From assembly GCA_963716725.1 (NCBI GenBank), contig CAVQUB010000021.1, forward strand, positions 64,001 through 128,000: 64,000 nucleotides of DNA, written 5' to 3'. Shown here one piece after another: positions 52,449 through 62,875 of the stretch. Position 1 is the stretch's first letter, and each line of letters starts with the position of its first letter. Both the position numbers and the translations under genes were made by a program. The notes beneath the pieces are model-generated. The model was not told the origin of the DNA, ran no database searches, and saw only the letters and a program-made list of their open reading frames with translations. The stretch is from an uncultured delta proteobacterium. Lineage in GTDB: Bacteria; Myxococcota_A; Polyangia; Polyangiales; Polyangiaceae.

Positions 52449-53293
52449 GCAGCGCCGCGGCACGACGGCTGAACCGTCAACTGCGACGCACCATCGCAGA
52501 GCACGAGCTCTTCGAGTCCGGCGACCGCGTGCTGATCGCCGTGAGCGGCGGCAAAGACAGCCTGACGCTCCTCGACCTGCTCGAGATCTGGAGCCGGGGT
52601 CCGGTCTCCGTGGAGCTCACGGCCGTGCATCTCGATCAAGGGCAGCCCGGCTACGACGGCGCGCCGCTCCAGACCTTCTTGGAAGCGCGAGGCGTCGACT
52701 TCGAGATCTTGCGGGAAGACACCTACTCGGTCGTCACCCAGAAGCTGGGACCAGAACAGACCTACTGCTCGCTGTGCTCGCGGCTCCGGCGCGGCATCCT
52801 CTACTCCGCAGCCGAACGCCTGGGCGCGAACAAGATCGCGCTGGGCCACCATCGCGAAGACGCGCTCGAGACATTTCTGCTGAACCTGCTGTACGCCGGC
52901 AGGCTCCAGACGCTCCCGCCGAAGTACCGTACCGACGACGGCCGCTTCGAAGTGATCCGCCCCCTGATCGAGTGTGCCGAAACCGATATCGCGGCCTACG
53001 CGGCAGAGCGCAAGTTCCCCATACTGCCCTGCGGGCTCTGCGGCTCTCAAGAAGGACTTCGGCGCGACGCGATGGGCGAACTGCTCTCCCAACTCGAACA
53101 GGACAACCCCTCCGTGCGAGCCATCATGCTCAATGCCCTGGGCAACGTGAGCCCCACGCACCTGATGGACCGAGATCTGGTGCGCGCCTGGAGCGCGCGG
53201 CCCGCCGACGTCCGTCCGCCGGGCCTGCTCGCCGAACGTCCGCGGCACGCCCGCGCTCTTCCGGTCGTGAGCACCCGATCGCGACTGCCCTGA
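52436..53293 (+). CDS. ttcA: tRNA 2-thiocytidine(32) synthetase TtcA
   Basis: SGGKDS PP-loop, CSLCSRLRRG, GHHRED, IRPL, CGLCGSQE. Confidence 0.93.
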   Translation: MSAVSSAAARRLNRQLRRTIAEHELFESGDRVLIAVSGGKDSLTLLDLLEIWSRGPVSVELTAVHLDQGQPGYDGAPLQTFLEARGVDFEILREDTYSVVTQKLGPEQTYCSLCSRLRRGILYSAAERLGANKIALGHHREDALETFLLNLLYAGRLQTLPPKYRTDDGRFEVIRPLIECAETDIAAYAAERKFPILPCGLCGSQEGLRRDAMGELLSQLEQDNPSVRAIMLNALGNVSPTHLMDRDLVRAWSARPADVRPPGLLAERPRHARALPVVSTRSRLP

Positions 53294-53364
53294 TCCGGCT
53301 GGCAACGCGCCGATCCCTGCGCCTCTGCTGGCCCGACCGGCGAACGTGTGCAACCCTCTCGCTC

Positions 53365-54018
53365 GTGGTCGCACGCGCAGTGGGCTTGTTCGTTCTGGCA
53401 ACGCTCGGCTGCCAAGGCCAGACCGTGGGCGAGTCTTCCAGCGGAGGAGCGGCCGGCTCCGCAGCGGGGGGCGCGAGCGGGACCAGTACCGGGGGCTCCA
53501 ACACCGGCGGCTCCAACACCGGCGGCTCCAACACCGGCGGCTCCAACACCGGCGGCTCCAGCACCGGCGGCGCCACTGGACCAGGCCCCCACGGCGCGTT
53601 GCCCACTGGCTATTGCTGCACGTCCAACGACGACTGCCGCTACCGGGCATGTCTGGATTTCGGTGGCGTGAAGATGTGCAGCGACCGCTGCACCAACTCC
53701 GCAGCCTGCACTACCGGACCAGGCTTCGCGTGCAACAAGACCTCCGAACAGTGTGAGCCTGCCGGACCACCCGCCTGCATCCCGGCCGATCAGTGGCAGC
53801 TCGGGTCCAAATCCGCCGGAGGCTGTTGCTATGCCGCGGGGGACGGCACCGCGGGCGAAGAGTGCCAGGGCAATTTGTGCATGGCCTTCGGCCCGCTGTC
53901 GAACCCGTTCATCTGCACGCAGGCCTGCGCCACGGGGAAGGACTGCCCGCCGACCTACAAATGCGAGACCGCCACCGGCTTCTGCTGGCCCTACGCGACA
54001 AACTACACCTGCCAGTGA
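53365..54018 (+). CDS. Cys-rich lipoprotein with GGSNT linker
   Basis: Lipobox TLGC; 15-bp GGSNT repeats; two CC...C...C...C units. Confidence 0.75.
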   Translation: MVARAVGLFVLATLGCQGQTVGESSSGGAAGSAAGGASGTSTGGSNTGGSNTGGSNTGGSNTGGSSTGGATGPGPHGALPTGYCCTSNDDCRYRACLDFGGVKMCSDRCTNSAACTTGPGFACNKTSEQCEPAGPPACIPADQWQLGSKSAGGCCYAAGDGTAGEECQGNLCMAFGPLSNPFICTQACATGKDCPPTYKCETATGFCWPYATNYTCQ

Positions 54019-54021
54019 CGC

Positions 54022-54447
54022 TCAGGGCGCGCAGGCTGGCGGGGCCTGAGGCGCCTGGCCACACGCCAGCGCGAGACGCACCTCGACGGCGTCAATCCAC
54101 TCTCGATGCGTGGCGCGATGCGGCTCCAGGATCTCTCTCGCGCGCGCGTAGCTCTGCGCGGCGTGCCCGGGCTGGCGGTTTTGAAGCCGCAAATCGCCCA
54201 GCTGCACGAAAGAATACGCGGGTTCGGGACACTCGTAGCCGCAGGCGGCGATCCGCACGACCAACGCTCCGGTCGCGAAGTGAATCGCCGATGGCAGATC
54301 GCCCAAGCCGGCGAGTGCCCGCGCGCGTTGCTCGAAGCGAAGCGCTCTGTAGCGTGGCTCTTCGCTCGCTCGGTTCTGCGCCCCACACGCCGCGAGACCA
54401 ACCCCAATCGCGAGGACCCAAGCGCGAGGCACGACCCAGGGTGCCAC
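54022..54447 (-). CDS. small TPR-like lipoprotein
   Basis: Lipobox LAAC; FVQLGDL...AAQSYARAREI. Confidence 0.6.
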   Translation of the reverse strand: MAPWVVPRAWVLAIGVGLAACGAQNRASEEPRYRALRFEQRARALAGLGDLPSAIHFATGALVVRIAACGYECPEPAYSFVQLGDLRLQNRQPGHAAQSYARAREILEPHRATHREWIDAVEVRLALACGQAPQAPPACAP

Positions 54448-54480
54448 GGCGGAGCGGATGCGCTACTAACCGACATCAGC

Positions 54481-55827
54481 ATGCAGTCGCGAAGTCTGGT
54501 CCTGGCGCTCGTGCTCGCGGCGGCGAGCTGTGCCGGCCCGCGCACCGGGCCGCGGGCGGCGCCGGCTCGTCCGTCGCTCGCCGTCGACCAAGACGCCGAG
54601 CTCGGGCGCTTGGCCGACCAGCAGGTCATGGCGGAGGTGCGAGCGCTCCCGGATCGCGCCCTGCAGACCTACGTCGAGGGCGTGCTGGCTCGCGTGGCTG
54701 CCCACGCCGATCCGACGGCCAGCCGTTGGACCCTGCGTCTCCTCGACACCTCTCATGTGAGCGTGCGCTCGGGGCCGGGGGGGTACGTATACGTCACGCG
54801 CGGGCTGCTGGCCTTTCTCGGCTCCGAGGCCGAGCTCGCGGCGGCGCTCGCCCACGAGGTCGCCCACGTCTCGGGGCGCGACTGGAGACGCCAAGCCGAG
54901 AGCCTCGCCGCCCACGGAGTCGAAGACGGCGACATCAGCAAGCTGCGCCCGGACGATCGCCTCGCACTCCTGTCACGCCTGCGACGTGAAGAGCACTTGG
55001 CCGACGAGCGCGCGCTGGGATACCTGGAACGCGCCGGGTACGCCCGCGGTGGATTGGCGGAAGTGCTCGGGCTCTTCGAGGCGCTCGAGCGCCTCGCCGG
55101 CGGCAACCGCGTCCCTCCGTCGCTGCGAACCCACCCCGCGACGCGTGAGCGGCTGAGTGCCATTGGAAAGCGCTCGACGCCCGGCGGCGAGTGGAGGAAG
55201 GCCGAATACCTGGCCAAGATCCAGGGCCTGCTCTTCGGCGAAGATGCTCGGGACGGCTATCTGATCGGCGACCGCTACGTGGTACCCAACGCCGACTTCG
55301 AGCTCCCGCTGCCAGCGGCTTGGCGCGCGCGCTTGGTGGGTCGGGATCTGATCGCCGCTCTGCCTGGCAAAGCCACCATCCTGTTGGTCGCGCGCTCCGA
55401 GCACGGGACTCTCGAGCGGACCCTGAGCGCGCTCGGAGACGCCACGAGCTTCACCGAGCTCAGCCTCGGCGAGCGGCGCGCGTTCTCCGCTCGCAAACCC
55501 AGCGACGGCGGGCTGACTTCGATGAGCTACGTGTTCGACACCCCGGGGGCACCGCTGGTACTGGCCTTGGTGGTGCCCGGAGGGGAAGAAGACAGCGAGC
55601 CCGTCCGCGTGCTGTTGGGCAGCGTCCGAAAGATCGCCGACCCGGCGCTTCGCAACCTGGGCACGCTCCGCGTCCACGTCGTGAAGCTCGAGGCACCCAG
55701 CTCCCTGCGCGCGGTCGCGCAGGCTCGACCCACGCATACGAACCTCTCGACGCTCGCCCTGATCAATGGCGTCGACCCGGATCAGGTCCTGCCCACCGGG
55801 ACGCTGATCAAGCGCATCGAGCCCTGA
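54481..55827 (+). CDS. M48 family metalloprotease lipoprotein with LysM-like C-terminus
   Basis: GGYVYVTRGLL, AHEVAH, EHLAD, THP...R, LALINGV...LPTGTLIK. Confidence 0.88.
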   Translation: MQSRSLVLALVLAAASCAGPRTGPRAAPARPSLAVDQDAELGRLADQQVMAEVRALPDRALQTYVEGVLARVAAHADPTASRWTLRLLDTSHVSVRSGPGGYVYVTRGLLAFLGSEAELAAALAHEVAHVSGRDWRRQAESLAAHGVEDGDISKLRPDDRLALLSRLRREEHLADERALGYLERAGYARGGLAEVLGLFEALERLAGGNRVPPSLRTHPATRERLSAIGKRSTPGGEWRKAEYLAKIQGLLFGEDARDGYLIGDRYVVPNADFELPLPAAWRARLVGRDLIAALPGKATILLVARSEHGTLERTLSALGDATSFTELSLGERRAFSARKPSDGGLTSMSYVFDTPGAPLVLALVVPGGEEDSEPVRVLLGSVRKIADPALRNLGTLRVHVVKLEAPSSLRAVAQARPTHTNLSTLALINGVDPDQVLPTGTLIKRIEP

Positions 55828-55833
55828 ACGGTA

Positions 55834-56112
55834 CTAACGTACCAAGCTCGCCAGGACCAAGACCAAGACCAGAAGCATCGCGAGGATGCCTAGGATCCAG
55901 AGGATGAGGCCTCGCCACGCACCACTGAGCGTTCTTCCTCCGCGGTCCTCGCAAGCAAGACAGATGGCCCAGGGCCGAGTGCCGCCTTCGGTCAATACGC
56001 AACAGTCTCCGCAGATGGGCACGCGGCAGCGCGCGCAGGGTCCCACGGCCAACGCCCCACAGCGGACGCAGTGCTCGCCGCCGCCGTCGTCGTGGGAGGT
56101 GAGCTCAGGCAC
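55834..56112 (-). CDS. B-box-like zinc finger membrane protein
   Basis: CVRC...CARC..PICGDC...CLAC plus a C-terminal TM segment. Confidence 0.75.
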   Translation of the reverse strand: MPELTSHDDGGGEHCVRCGALAVGPCARCRVPICGDCCVLTEGGTRPWAICLACEDRGGRTLSGAWRGLILWILGILAMLLVLVLVLASLVR

Positions 56113-56131
56113 GGGAGGGGATTCTAGTGCC

Positions 56132-56479
56132 TCACCAGCGGGACATCGCTCCCAGGTTCTTCACGACGGCGAAGCCCGCACCCCGGAGCATGCCGCCCGC
56201 GGTGGCGCTGCGCAGGCCAGACGCGCAGTAGATCACCACCGCGCGGTCTTTGGGGCCGAGCTCGCCGACTCGCGCCGAGAGCTCTCCGAGCGGTATGCAG
56301 ACCGCGTTCGGCAGGTGCCCGCCGGCAAACTCGCCGGGCGTACGCACGTCGAGCAAGAGTGCCCCGGCTTCTACGAGCTTGCGCGCCTCTGCGGGTGAGA
56401 CATCCCCGAATCGGCGCCGCAACATGAGCGCGAGCAGGCCCACGGTGGCAATCAGCAGGATCCACTGAATGGGGGTCAT
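56132..56479 (-). CDS. rhodanese-like protein with N-terminal TM
   Basis: LLDVRTPGEFAGGHLPNA, YCASGLRS. Confidence 0.9.
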   Translation of the reverse strand: MTPIQWILLIATVGLLALMLRRRFGDVSPAEARKLVEAGALLLDVRTPGEFAGGHLPNAVCIPLGELSARVGELGPKDRAVVIYCASGLRSATAGGMLRGAGFAVVKNLGAMSRW

Positions 56480-56528
56480 CGCGGTTGAGTGTTGGAGCCA
56501 CGCGCCGAAAAATGGATTCGCCCCGTGG

Positions 56529-56954
56529 TCAGTCTGGGGAGCGCTGCTCCCGGATGATGCGTTGGAGCTGCCCGGGATCGATGCGCGCATCCATCAGCGG
56601 ATGGATCGCCGAGCCCTCCCACTGGGCGTGGGCCTCGAGGGCGGTGGCGAGCTCGTCGAGCGTCTGCCGGAAGAGCCCGCCCGCTTCGGCGAGCGCGGTC
56701 AGGTCGGAGAGCAGGTCCCTGATGCGATCGTGCTCGTAGCGCACGCGCCGGCAATCAGCGGCGTGGCTCCGGTCGATGAGCGGCAAGAGCTGCGCCTCTT
56801 CGAGCCGGAACTGCAGCTTCAGGCCGCCGGCGAAGAGCACCCACAGAGCGAGCAGCCCGGCCCGGTCCGCCGGCGCGGTCGGGCTCGAGAGCTGATCCAA
56901 GAGCGCGCGGAGGCGCGCGTGCTCCTGGCGGAAATAGCTGCAAAGGTCGCTCAT
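56529..56954 (-). CDS. hemerythrin-like (HHE) domain protein
   Basis: QEHARL, RLEEAQLLP, EHDRI, AHAQWE. Confidence 0.7.
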   Translation of the reverse strand: MSDLCSYFRQEHARLRALLDQLSSPTAPADRAGLLALWVLFAGGLKLQFRLEEAQLLPLIDRSHAADCRRVRYEHDRIRDLLSDLTALAEAGGLFRQTLDELATALEAHAQWEGSAIHPLMDARIDPGQLQRIIREQRSPD

Positions 56955-57004
56955 CGCTGCCCGGGAGCTCGACCTCGGCCGAGCCCCCGCCCCCGGGTCC
57001 GGAC

Positions 57005-59023
57005 TCACTCGATGGGCGGCGGAAGCACGCCCTTGGCCTTGGCCTTTTCGCAGCCGCGTTCGACGCCGGTGGAGCCGTCCTCGGATTTGACGACCTTGAA
57101 CTCGACGCGCCGGTTCTTCTCCCAAGCCGCCCCGTTGTGGCCCTCGTCCAGCGGGCAGTATTCGCCGTAGCCCTGGGAGACGAGCCGTGACTTGGTCACG
57201 CCGCGACTGATCAGCGCGTCGACCACACTGGCCGCGCGATCGCGGGTCAGCTTGAGGTTGTAGTCATCGCTCGAGCGCTCGTCTGCGTGACCGGCCACTT
57301 CGATCACCATGAACTCCGGATGCCCCTTCAGGGTCGCCGCGACCGCGTCCAGGATGGCGGTCGACTCCGGAAGGATCTTGGCGCTGTTCGTCTCGAACAT
57401 GACCTTGTCGAGGATGATGATGTCCGAACCCTCGATCAAGACCTTGCCCTTGTCCGGGCAGCCGTCTTCGTCCTCGAAGCCGTTGTAGGTCTCCGGATCG
57501 TTCGGGCACTTGTCCTTCACGTCCGGGATCTGGTCCTTGTCGTTGTCCGGATCGGGACAGCCGTCCTCGTCTTCGAAGCCGTCCTTGTCTTCGGGATCGA
57601 GCGGACAGCTGTCGTCCTTGTCGAGGATGCCGTCCTTGTCGTTGTCGGGCTCGGGCAGCCGTCGTCGTCCTCGAAGCCGTCGCGGTCTTCGGGATCGTCC
57701 GGGCACTTGTCGCGCGAGTCGAGGATGCCGTCGCCGTCGCGATCGCCGTCCTGGCCCTCCGGGCAGCCGTCGTCGTCGTCGTCGCCGTCGCGATCTTCAG
57801 GGATGTTCGGGCAACGGTCGTCGACGTCCAGGATGCCGTCGTTGTCGTTGTCCGGCTCTGGGCAGCCGTCTTCGTCCCGGAAGGAGTCGAAGTCTTCGGG
57901 ATCGTCTGGGCACTGGTCCACGTCGTCTTTGTAACCGTCGCCGTCGCGATCGCCGATGCTCGGCTCGAAGACGAAGCCGAGCACCATGCGCACGTCGGCC
58001 GCCTGATGACCGGTCACGAAGGCGCGACTTCCGCCGCCCATCATCAGGTAGCTGTTCCGCTCGACGAAGAGCTTGATTCCGCCAAGAAATTCGGCGCTGA
58101 GCTTCTGCTTGGAGTCACTCTTGCCGTCGAGCAGGTAGGTCCCGTAGCTCTCGACCACGAGATCGAGGGGGTCGAGCGCGCGAAACGCGATGCCGGCACC
58201 GAAGGTGGCCAGGTTGCCCGCTTCGAGCTTGCCCTCGGCGAGCTGGTTGCGACCCGCGTTGTCCAGCTCGAACTTCGGGTTCTTGCCGGTGTGACCCCGG
58301 TAGCCCGCGTCGAGGCCGACCTTCAGCCGCCGCGATGAACCGAACCGGTTCTCGAATACGACGTGCGGCCAATACCAAACGCCAGGATCTGCCCCGAGAT
58401 CGCGAGGGGCGTCGCCGACCGGAATGCCACCCTGCACGATGACCGCCAGACCTGGCCCGCGATCGACCCGGGTGAGGCGCAGCTTTCCCTGCAGCGCCAC
58501 GGTGCTGATCTTCTGCGCGTCGAGCTTGCCGGTGTTGTAGGTGTCGCCCGTCGCGCCGAGCTCGTTGGCTTCATTGCCCGCCATCAAGACCACCGGCACC
58601 GTGATGCCGATGCTGCCAAAGTTGGCGATGCCGTAGTTGAAGCCGAAGGTGCCCTGAAACGAGTTTTTGACCAACGCGTCCACGCCGCGCTCGGCGCTGG
58701 GCCCCCCGCTCGCGCAGCTCGGCTCGCCCGGACCCCCGCAAGCGTCGCGGTCGGCATTCGTCCGCATCAAGTTGCGGCCGTAGTCGAGGACCAGTCCGAA
58801 GCTGATGTCGTTGGCTCCGAGGATGTCGGAACCGTTGACCGACATGAACCCCTTGGAGTCGATGGCGGGACGGAACAGGTGGGTGTCCATGCCGTCGCCG
58901 TTCTTCTCGACGACTCGAGGCTCCTCCTGCGCGAACGCCACCCCAGATATCGCGAGCAGCGTGCCGAGGCCCGCCGCGGTCCACGCCCATCGCTGGCAGC
59001 TGCCTGCTGCTATCCCATCGCAT
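57005..59023 (-). CDS. outer-membrane beta-barrel + TSP3 repeats + OmpA C-terminal domain protein (two apparent frameshifts)
   Basis: DxDGDG/DxDGCP repeats; FETNSA, VAGHAD, NLKLTRDRA, NRRVEF. One base appears missing near 57654 and one extra near 58996. ATG at 59023 with AGAGGAG SD restores a signal peptide ending VAFA. Confidence 0.85.
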
Positions 59024-59189
59024 CGTCAGCGCGCTCCTCTCCCGCGGTCGGCTTCCGCGGCCAAGTGTTGCGGCGCCGGAAGCTTGCGAAAATCCAAGAG
59101 TTAGTCGAGCTGACCGTAGCAGAGCCCGATTTTCGGTGTCAACGCGACCCGGGCGCCGGCTCGCGCAAATGCTACGGTGGGAGGCTTTG

Positions 59190-59840
59190 GTGAGGCTGAC
59201 GGTCGCGGTCGCCCTTTTTTCAGCCGCTACGGTGTTGGCGGACAGCTCCATCCTCTGGGCGGCACCCGCCCAGCCCGAACACGCCGTGGCGCCCGCCTCG
59301 AGTCAGGCGAAGAGCGGCGATCGGCGCCGGATCTTCGTCGGAGTCGTAGGGTTTGCCGCGCTGGCCTTGGGGCTGACGGGGCTTTGGCTTCTGCGGCGCT
59401 CTCGAGCCAGAATCGCGGTGTCACCCCCCGCTGAGGGCGCCGCTCCGGGCCCGGTGGTGACCCGCGTGGCCCGAACTGCGCCGCCCGCAGCTGCGGTCCA
59501 GAGCGACGGAGGGCGGCTGGCCTGCCCCGCCTGCCGGGCACAGGCCTCGCCGCCAGCTCTCTTCTGTAAGTTCGACGGGACCCGGCTGGTCCAGCTTCGG
59601 GACGCCGGCGATGCCCGCGAGCCGAGCGGCGGCGTTTGCCCGGTCTGCGAGCAGGATTTCGATCCTGGCATCGACGCCTGTCCGCTCCACGACGAGGATC
59701 TCGTTCCAGCGGCCGAACCCAGCTCCGCCGAGCGGCCCAGCGGGCAGTACCCCAAGATCTGCCCTACCTGCGGAGTCCAGTACCCGAACGGCTCGGGATT
59801 TTGTGGCGCGGACGGCTCGGCACTGGTCACAGTGAACTGA
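59190..59840 (+). CDS. membrane protein with three CxxC...CxxD/H zinc ribbons
   Basis: CPAC..FCKFDG, CPVC..ACPLHD, CPTC..FCGADG; GTG after GGAGG. Confidence 0.75.
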   Translation: MRLTVAVALFSAATVLADSSILWAAPAQPEHAVAPASSQAKSGDRRRIFVGVVGFAALALGLTGLWLLRRSRARIAVSPPAEGAAPGPVVTRVARTAPPAAAVQSDGGRLACPACRAQASPPALFCKFDGTRLVQLRDAGDAREPSGGVCPVCEQDFDPGIDACPLHDEDLVPAAEPSSAERPSGQYPKICPTCGVQYPNGSGFCGADGSALVTVN

Positions 59841-59919
59841 TTGGATCTTGTCGCTTCGCCAGAGCGGCCGAGTTGGTTTAGATTTTGGTCTCGAGTCCAG
59901 AGTTCGGAGCCGAAGCACG

Positions 59920-61470
59920 ATGAAGATTACCTGTCAGTCCTGTGGCGCGAAGTACGCAATCGCGGACGAGAAAGTCCGCGGGCGCCGCGTCAAGGTTCGC
60001 TGCAAAGGTTGCAACGAGCCCATCGTCGTCGATGGCTACAATGAGCCACCGCAGGATCAACACGCCGCGCCGCCCCCAGCCCAAGAGGGAGGAAACGCGG
60101 CGGCTGACACCTGGAGCGTCAACCTGACCGACACCGATCAGCGCTCGATGACGACCAGCGAAATCGTCGATGCTTGGAACGCCGGAAGCATCCCCGCCGA
60201 TGCCTTCGTGTGGAGAGAGGGCATGGACGACTGGGTGCCGCTGGCCTCGGCGCCCGATCTGACGCCGTACCTGTCGGCGGCCCAACACTCGGCGCCGGTT
60301 CAGCCGGAGCCCGCACCAGCGTTCGACTTCTCGCCGCCGGTCGCGGGAGGCGGAGCCGCACGCGTCGAACGATCGCGCGGCGCCGCTGACATCTTTGGTA
60401 GCGCCGCCGCGGCCGGCTCCGAGGAAGAAATGGCCAACGCGCCCTTCGCGGGCGGCGAGGCGTACGACGATCAGAAGCCAACCGGTGCTCGCAACGAAAA
60501 CTCGGTCTTGTTCTCCCTCGATGCGCTCAAGGCCGGGGTTGGACCGGCCACCAGGGCTTCGGCACCGGCGCCGCGGGGCACCGTTCGGCCGGCCGCGAAC
60601 GATTCGGCCGATCTCGACGACATCATGAACATCGGTGGCGGCTCCATGGGCGGGCCGCTGTTCGGAATGGGCGCCAACCAGGCGCTGCTCGCCGCCCCGC
60701 CCCCTCCACCTGAGCCGCCGCCGCGCCCGAGCATCCCGAGCGAGATGCCCGCAGCGTTCAACAGCATGCCGCCTCCCGGCTACCCACCGAAGAAGAGCAA
60801 CACTGTGGTGTTCGCAGTGGGCGGCGGCGTCGCGCTGCTCGCCGTGATCGCCATCGTGATCGGCATATTTGCGCTGCGCAGCGGGAAGACTGAAGAGGCC
60901 AAGGCGGCCACCGGCGACAAGAGCGACAAGAGCGCGCAGGCATCCGGCAAGAGCGGCAGCGCGCCAGACGAGAAGAAGGATGAAAGACCCGCCGATCCGG
61001 ACAAGAAGCCGGACGAGGCGAAGCCGGACGACCCGACCGCAGCCCCCTCGGCGTCGGGCGAGAAGAAAGAAGTCACCGAAGAGGAAAAGAAGCGCTTCGC
61101 CGAGGCGATGAAGAAAAAAGAAGAAGAGGCGGGAAAGGCGCCGGAGGAGAAGAAGGAGGAGAAAGTGGTCAAGAAGGAGGAGCCGTCGAGCGGCGTCGCC
61201 TCGTTCAACAAGGGCGCGGCTATCGCGGCGCTCGGCGGAGCCGCAGCGCAGGCCTCGGGCTGCAAGCGCCCCGGGGGTCCCACCGGCAGCGGCAAGGCCG
61301 TGGTCACCTTCGCGCCCTCGGGTCGGGTCACCAGCGCCAACGTGAGCGGCGGTGAATTCCCGGGCACCTCGGTGGGCAGCTGTGTGGCCGGAGTGTTCCG
61401 GCGCGCGCAGGTGCCCGCCTTCAGCGGAAACGCGGTGACCGTCAGCAAGGGCTTCTCGATCTCACCTTGA
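59920..61470 (+). CDS. zinc-ribbon/GYF_2/TM/TonB-C-like protein (GltJ/AgmX-like architecture)
   Basis: MKITCQSCGAKY...VRCKGC; FVWREGMDDWVP; TM segment; C-terminal VTFAPSGRV...GSCVAGVFR...PAFSG. Confidence 0.8.
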   Translation: MKITCQSCGAKYAIADEKVRGRRVKVRCKGCNEPIVVDGYNEPPQDQHAAPPPAQEGGNAAADTWSVNLTDTDQRSMTTSEIVDAWNAGSIPADAFVWREGMDDWVPLASAPDLTPYLSAAQHSAPVQPEPAPAFDFSPPVAGGGAARVERSRGAADIFGSAAAAGSEEEMANAPFAGGEAYDDQKPTGARNENSVLFSLDALKAGVGPATRASAPAPRGTVRPAANDSADLDDIMNIGGGSMGGPLFGMGANQALLAAPPPPPEPPPRPSIPSEMPAAFNSMPPPGYPPKKSNTVVFAVGGGVALLAVIAIVIGIFALRSGKTEEAKAATGDKSDKSAQASGKSGSAPDEKKDERPADPDKKPDEAKPDDPTAAPSASGEKKEVTEEEKKRFAEAMKKKEEEAGKAPEEKKEEKVVKKEEPSSGVASFNKGAAIAALGGAAAQASGCKRPGGPTGSGKAVVTFAPSGRVTSANVSGGEFPGTSVGSCVAGVFRRAQVPAFSGNAVTVSKGFSISP

Positions 61471-61506
61471 GGCGAGACGCGAGATGCCCCGCTGCGGATC
61501 GTCCGC

Positions 61507-62838
61507 TCAGCTCTGACACCCGCAGCCGCACTCGTTCGAGAACGGCACCGACGGCGGCGTGCAGAAGTATTTGACGAGCATGCACTTCTCAGGGCTTTGC
61601 GCCATCCACGTCTTCTTCGGATCGTTGTAGTTGCAGACCGGCTTGCACGCGCCATCGGTGAGGTAGCCCTTGCTCTCACCCGCGTCGCCGGCGTCCGCCG
61701 TGACGGCTCCCTGGAAGCCGCAAGAGTTCGAGTAGGTCTTGGGCGTGCCGTTCTTGATCGTGCCGCAGACCGGCTGGTAGAGCGCCATGCAGGCGACGGG
61801 TTCGTCGCAGTGCCCAGCGCGGATCTCTGAGCTGGAGAGGTTCGAGAGACTCGAGCCCAACCACGACTCGGCTGCCCCCTTGGTCTCGAAGTTCTTCGCG
61901 TAGACCGTCGGCGAATTCACGTTCGGCGGGCTGATCCAGCCGATGGCGCAGTAGCCTTCGGGGCACGCGCCCGCCCAGTACTTGCCCTTGCTCTCGCCGC
62001 TGAACCCAGCCGCCGCGCGCACGACCTTCTGGAACTCGCACAGACTGGCGTAGGTCGCTTCTTGATCGGTGACGATCGGAATGCCGCAGACCTGCGGGTC
62101 GGTGCTGGGGCACTTCTTGGTGTTGAGCGACTCGCAGCTTCCGTAGTTCACCCCGCTCATGGTGACCTGCGGATCGAGCCCAACCCAGGCATCCGCTGCC
62201 GCCTTGTCGTTCGCCGCGAAGTTCTTGGCGTAGTAGCGGCCGTCGCTGGTGGTAAATTCCGCGCAGAGGGGCTGATCCACGCAGACACCCGTCTTGCAGG
62301 GCGCCTGCTTGCACTGGGGAAGCGCGCACGCCTTGCCCGGACCGCAGTCGGCGTCCTCGCTGCATTCCTTGGAGCACGCAGCCGAGAGCGAGTAGGAGTA
62401 CCAGCTGTTCACCTTCTCGTACCAAACCGGAGAAGCGAAGACCCAGTAGTCACCGGGTGAGCCGAGCGTCACGTTCAGGGTCGCCTCGCTGGTGGTGGCG
62501 TAGGTCCAGTCAACGAGCTTTCCCTTCGCGTCGAGCACCATCAAGAACGCACCGAGTTGCTTCGGCCACGTCGCGCTCAGGCTGAAGGTCGTGTCGGTGG
62601 CGGTACTCGCGGAAAACCGGTAGACGTGACGACGGCTCTTCGGCTTGACCGCGTTCTTCAGCGCCCCGGTCTGACAGTCGAAGTCCCAGTCGTAGTAACG
62701 CCACCCGCCCGCGAAGTGAGTCTCCGCGCCCAGCGCGCTGGTGGGTTCGGCGTCGTCGGGCGCCTCCGAGGTGGCCGCACAGCCGGTGAGGGCAGCGAGC
62801 GAGAGTCCGAAACCGACCAGAAAGGCTTTCTTCAACAT
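61507..62838 (-). CDS. lipoprotein with two Kazal-like repeats
   Basis: Lipobox LTGC; CPSTDPQVCG...TYASLC and CMALYQPVCG...TYSNSC; C-terminal FSNECGCGC. Confidence 0.75.
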   Translation of the reverse strand: MLKKAFLVGFGLSLAALTGCAATSEAPDDAEPTSALGAETHFAGGWRYYDWDFDCQTGALKNAVKPKSRRHVYRFSASTATDTTFSLSATWPKQLGAFLMVLDAKGKLVDWTYATTSEATLNVTLGSPGDYWVFASPVWYEKVNSWYSYSLSAACSKECSEDADCGPGKACALPQCKQAPCKTGVCVDQPLCAEFTTSDGRYYAKNFAANDKAAADAWVGLDPQVTMSGVNYGSCESLNTKKCPSTDPQVCGIPIVTDQEATYASLCEFQKVVRAAAGFSGESKGKYWAGACPEGYCAIGWISPPNVNSPTVYAKNFETKGAAESWLGSSLSNLSSSEIRAGHCDEPVACMALYQPVCGTIKNGTPKTYSNSCGFQGAVTADAGDAGESKGYLTDGACKPVCNYNDPKKTWMAQSPEKCMLVKYFCTPPSVPFSNECGCGCQS

Positions 62839-62875
62839 GACGCGTCACCTCTTGGAGCCCATCCCCTGACAGACC

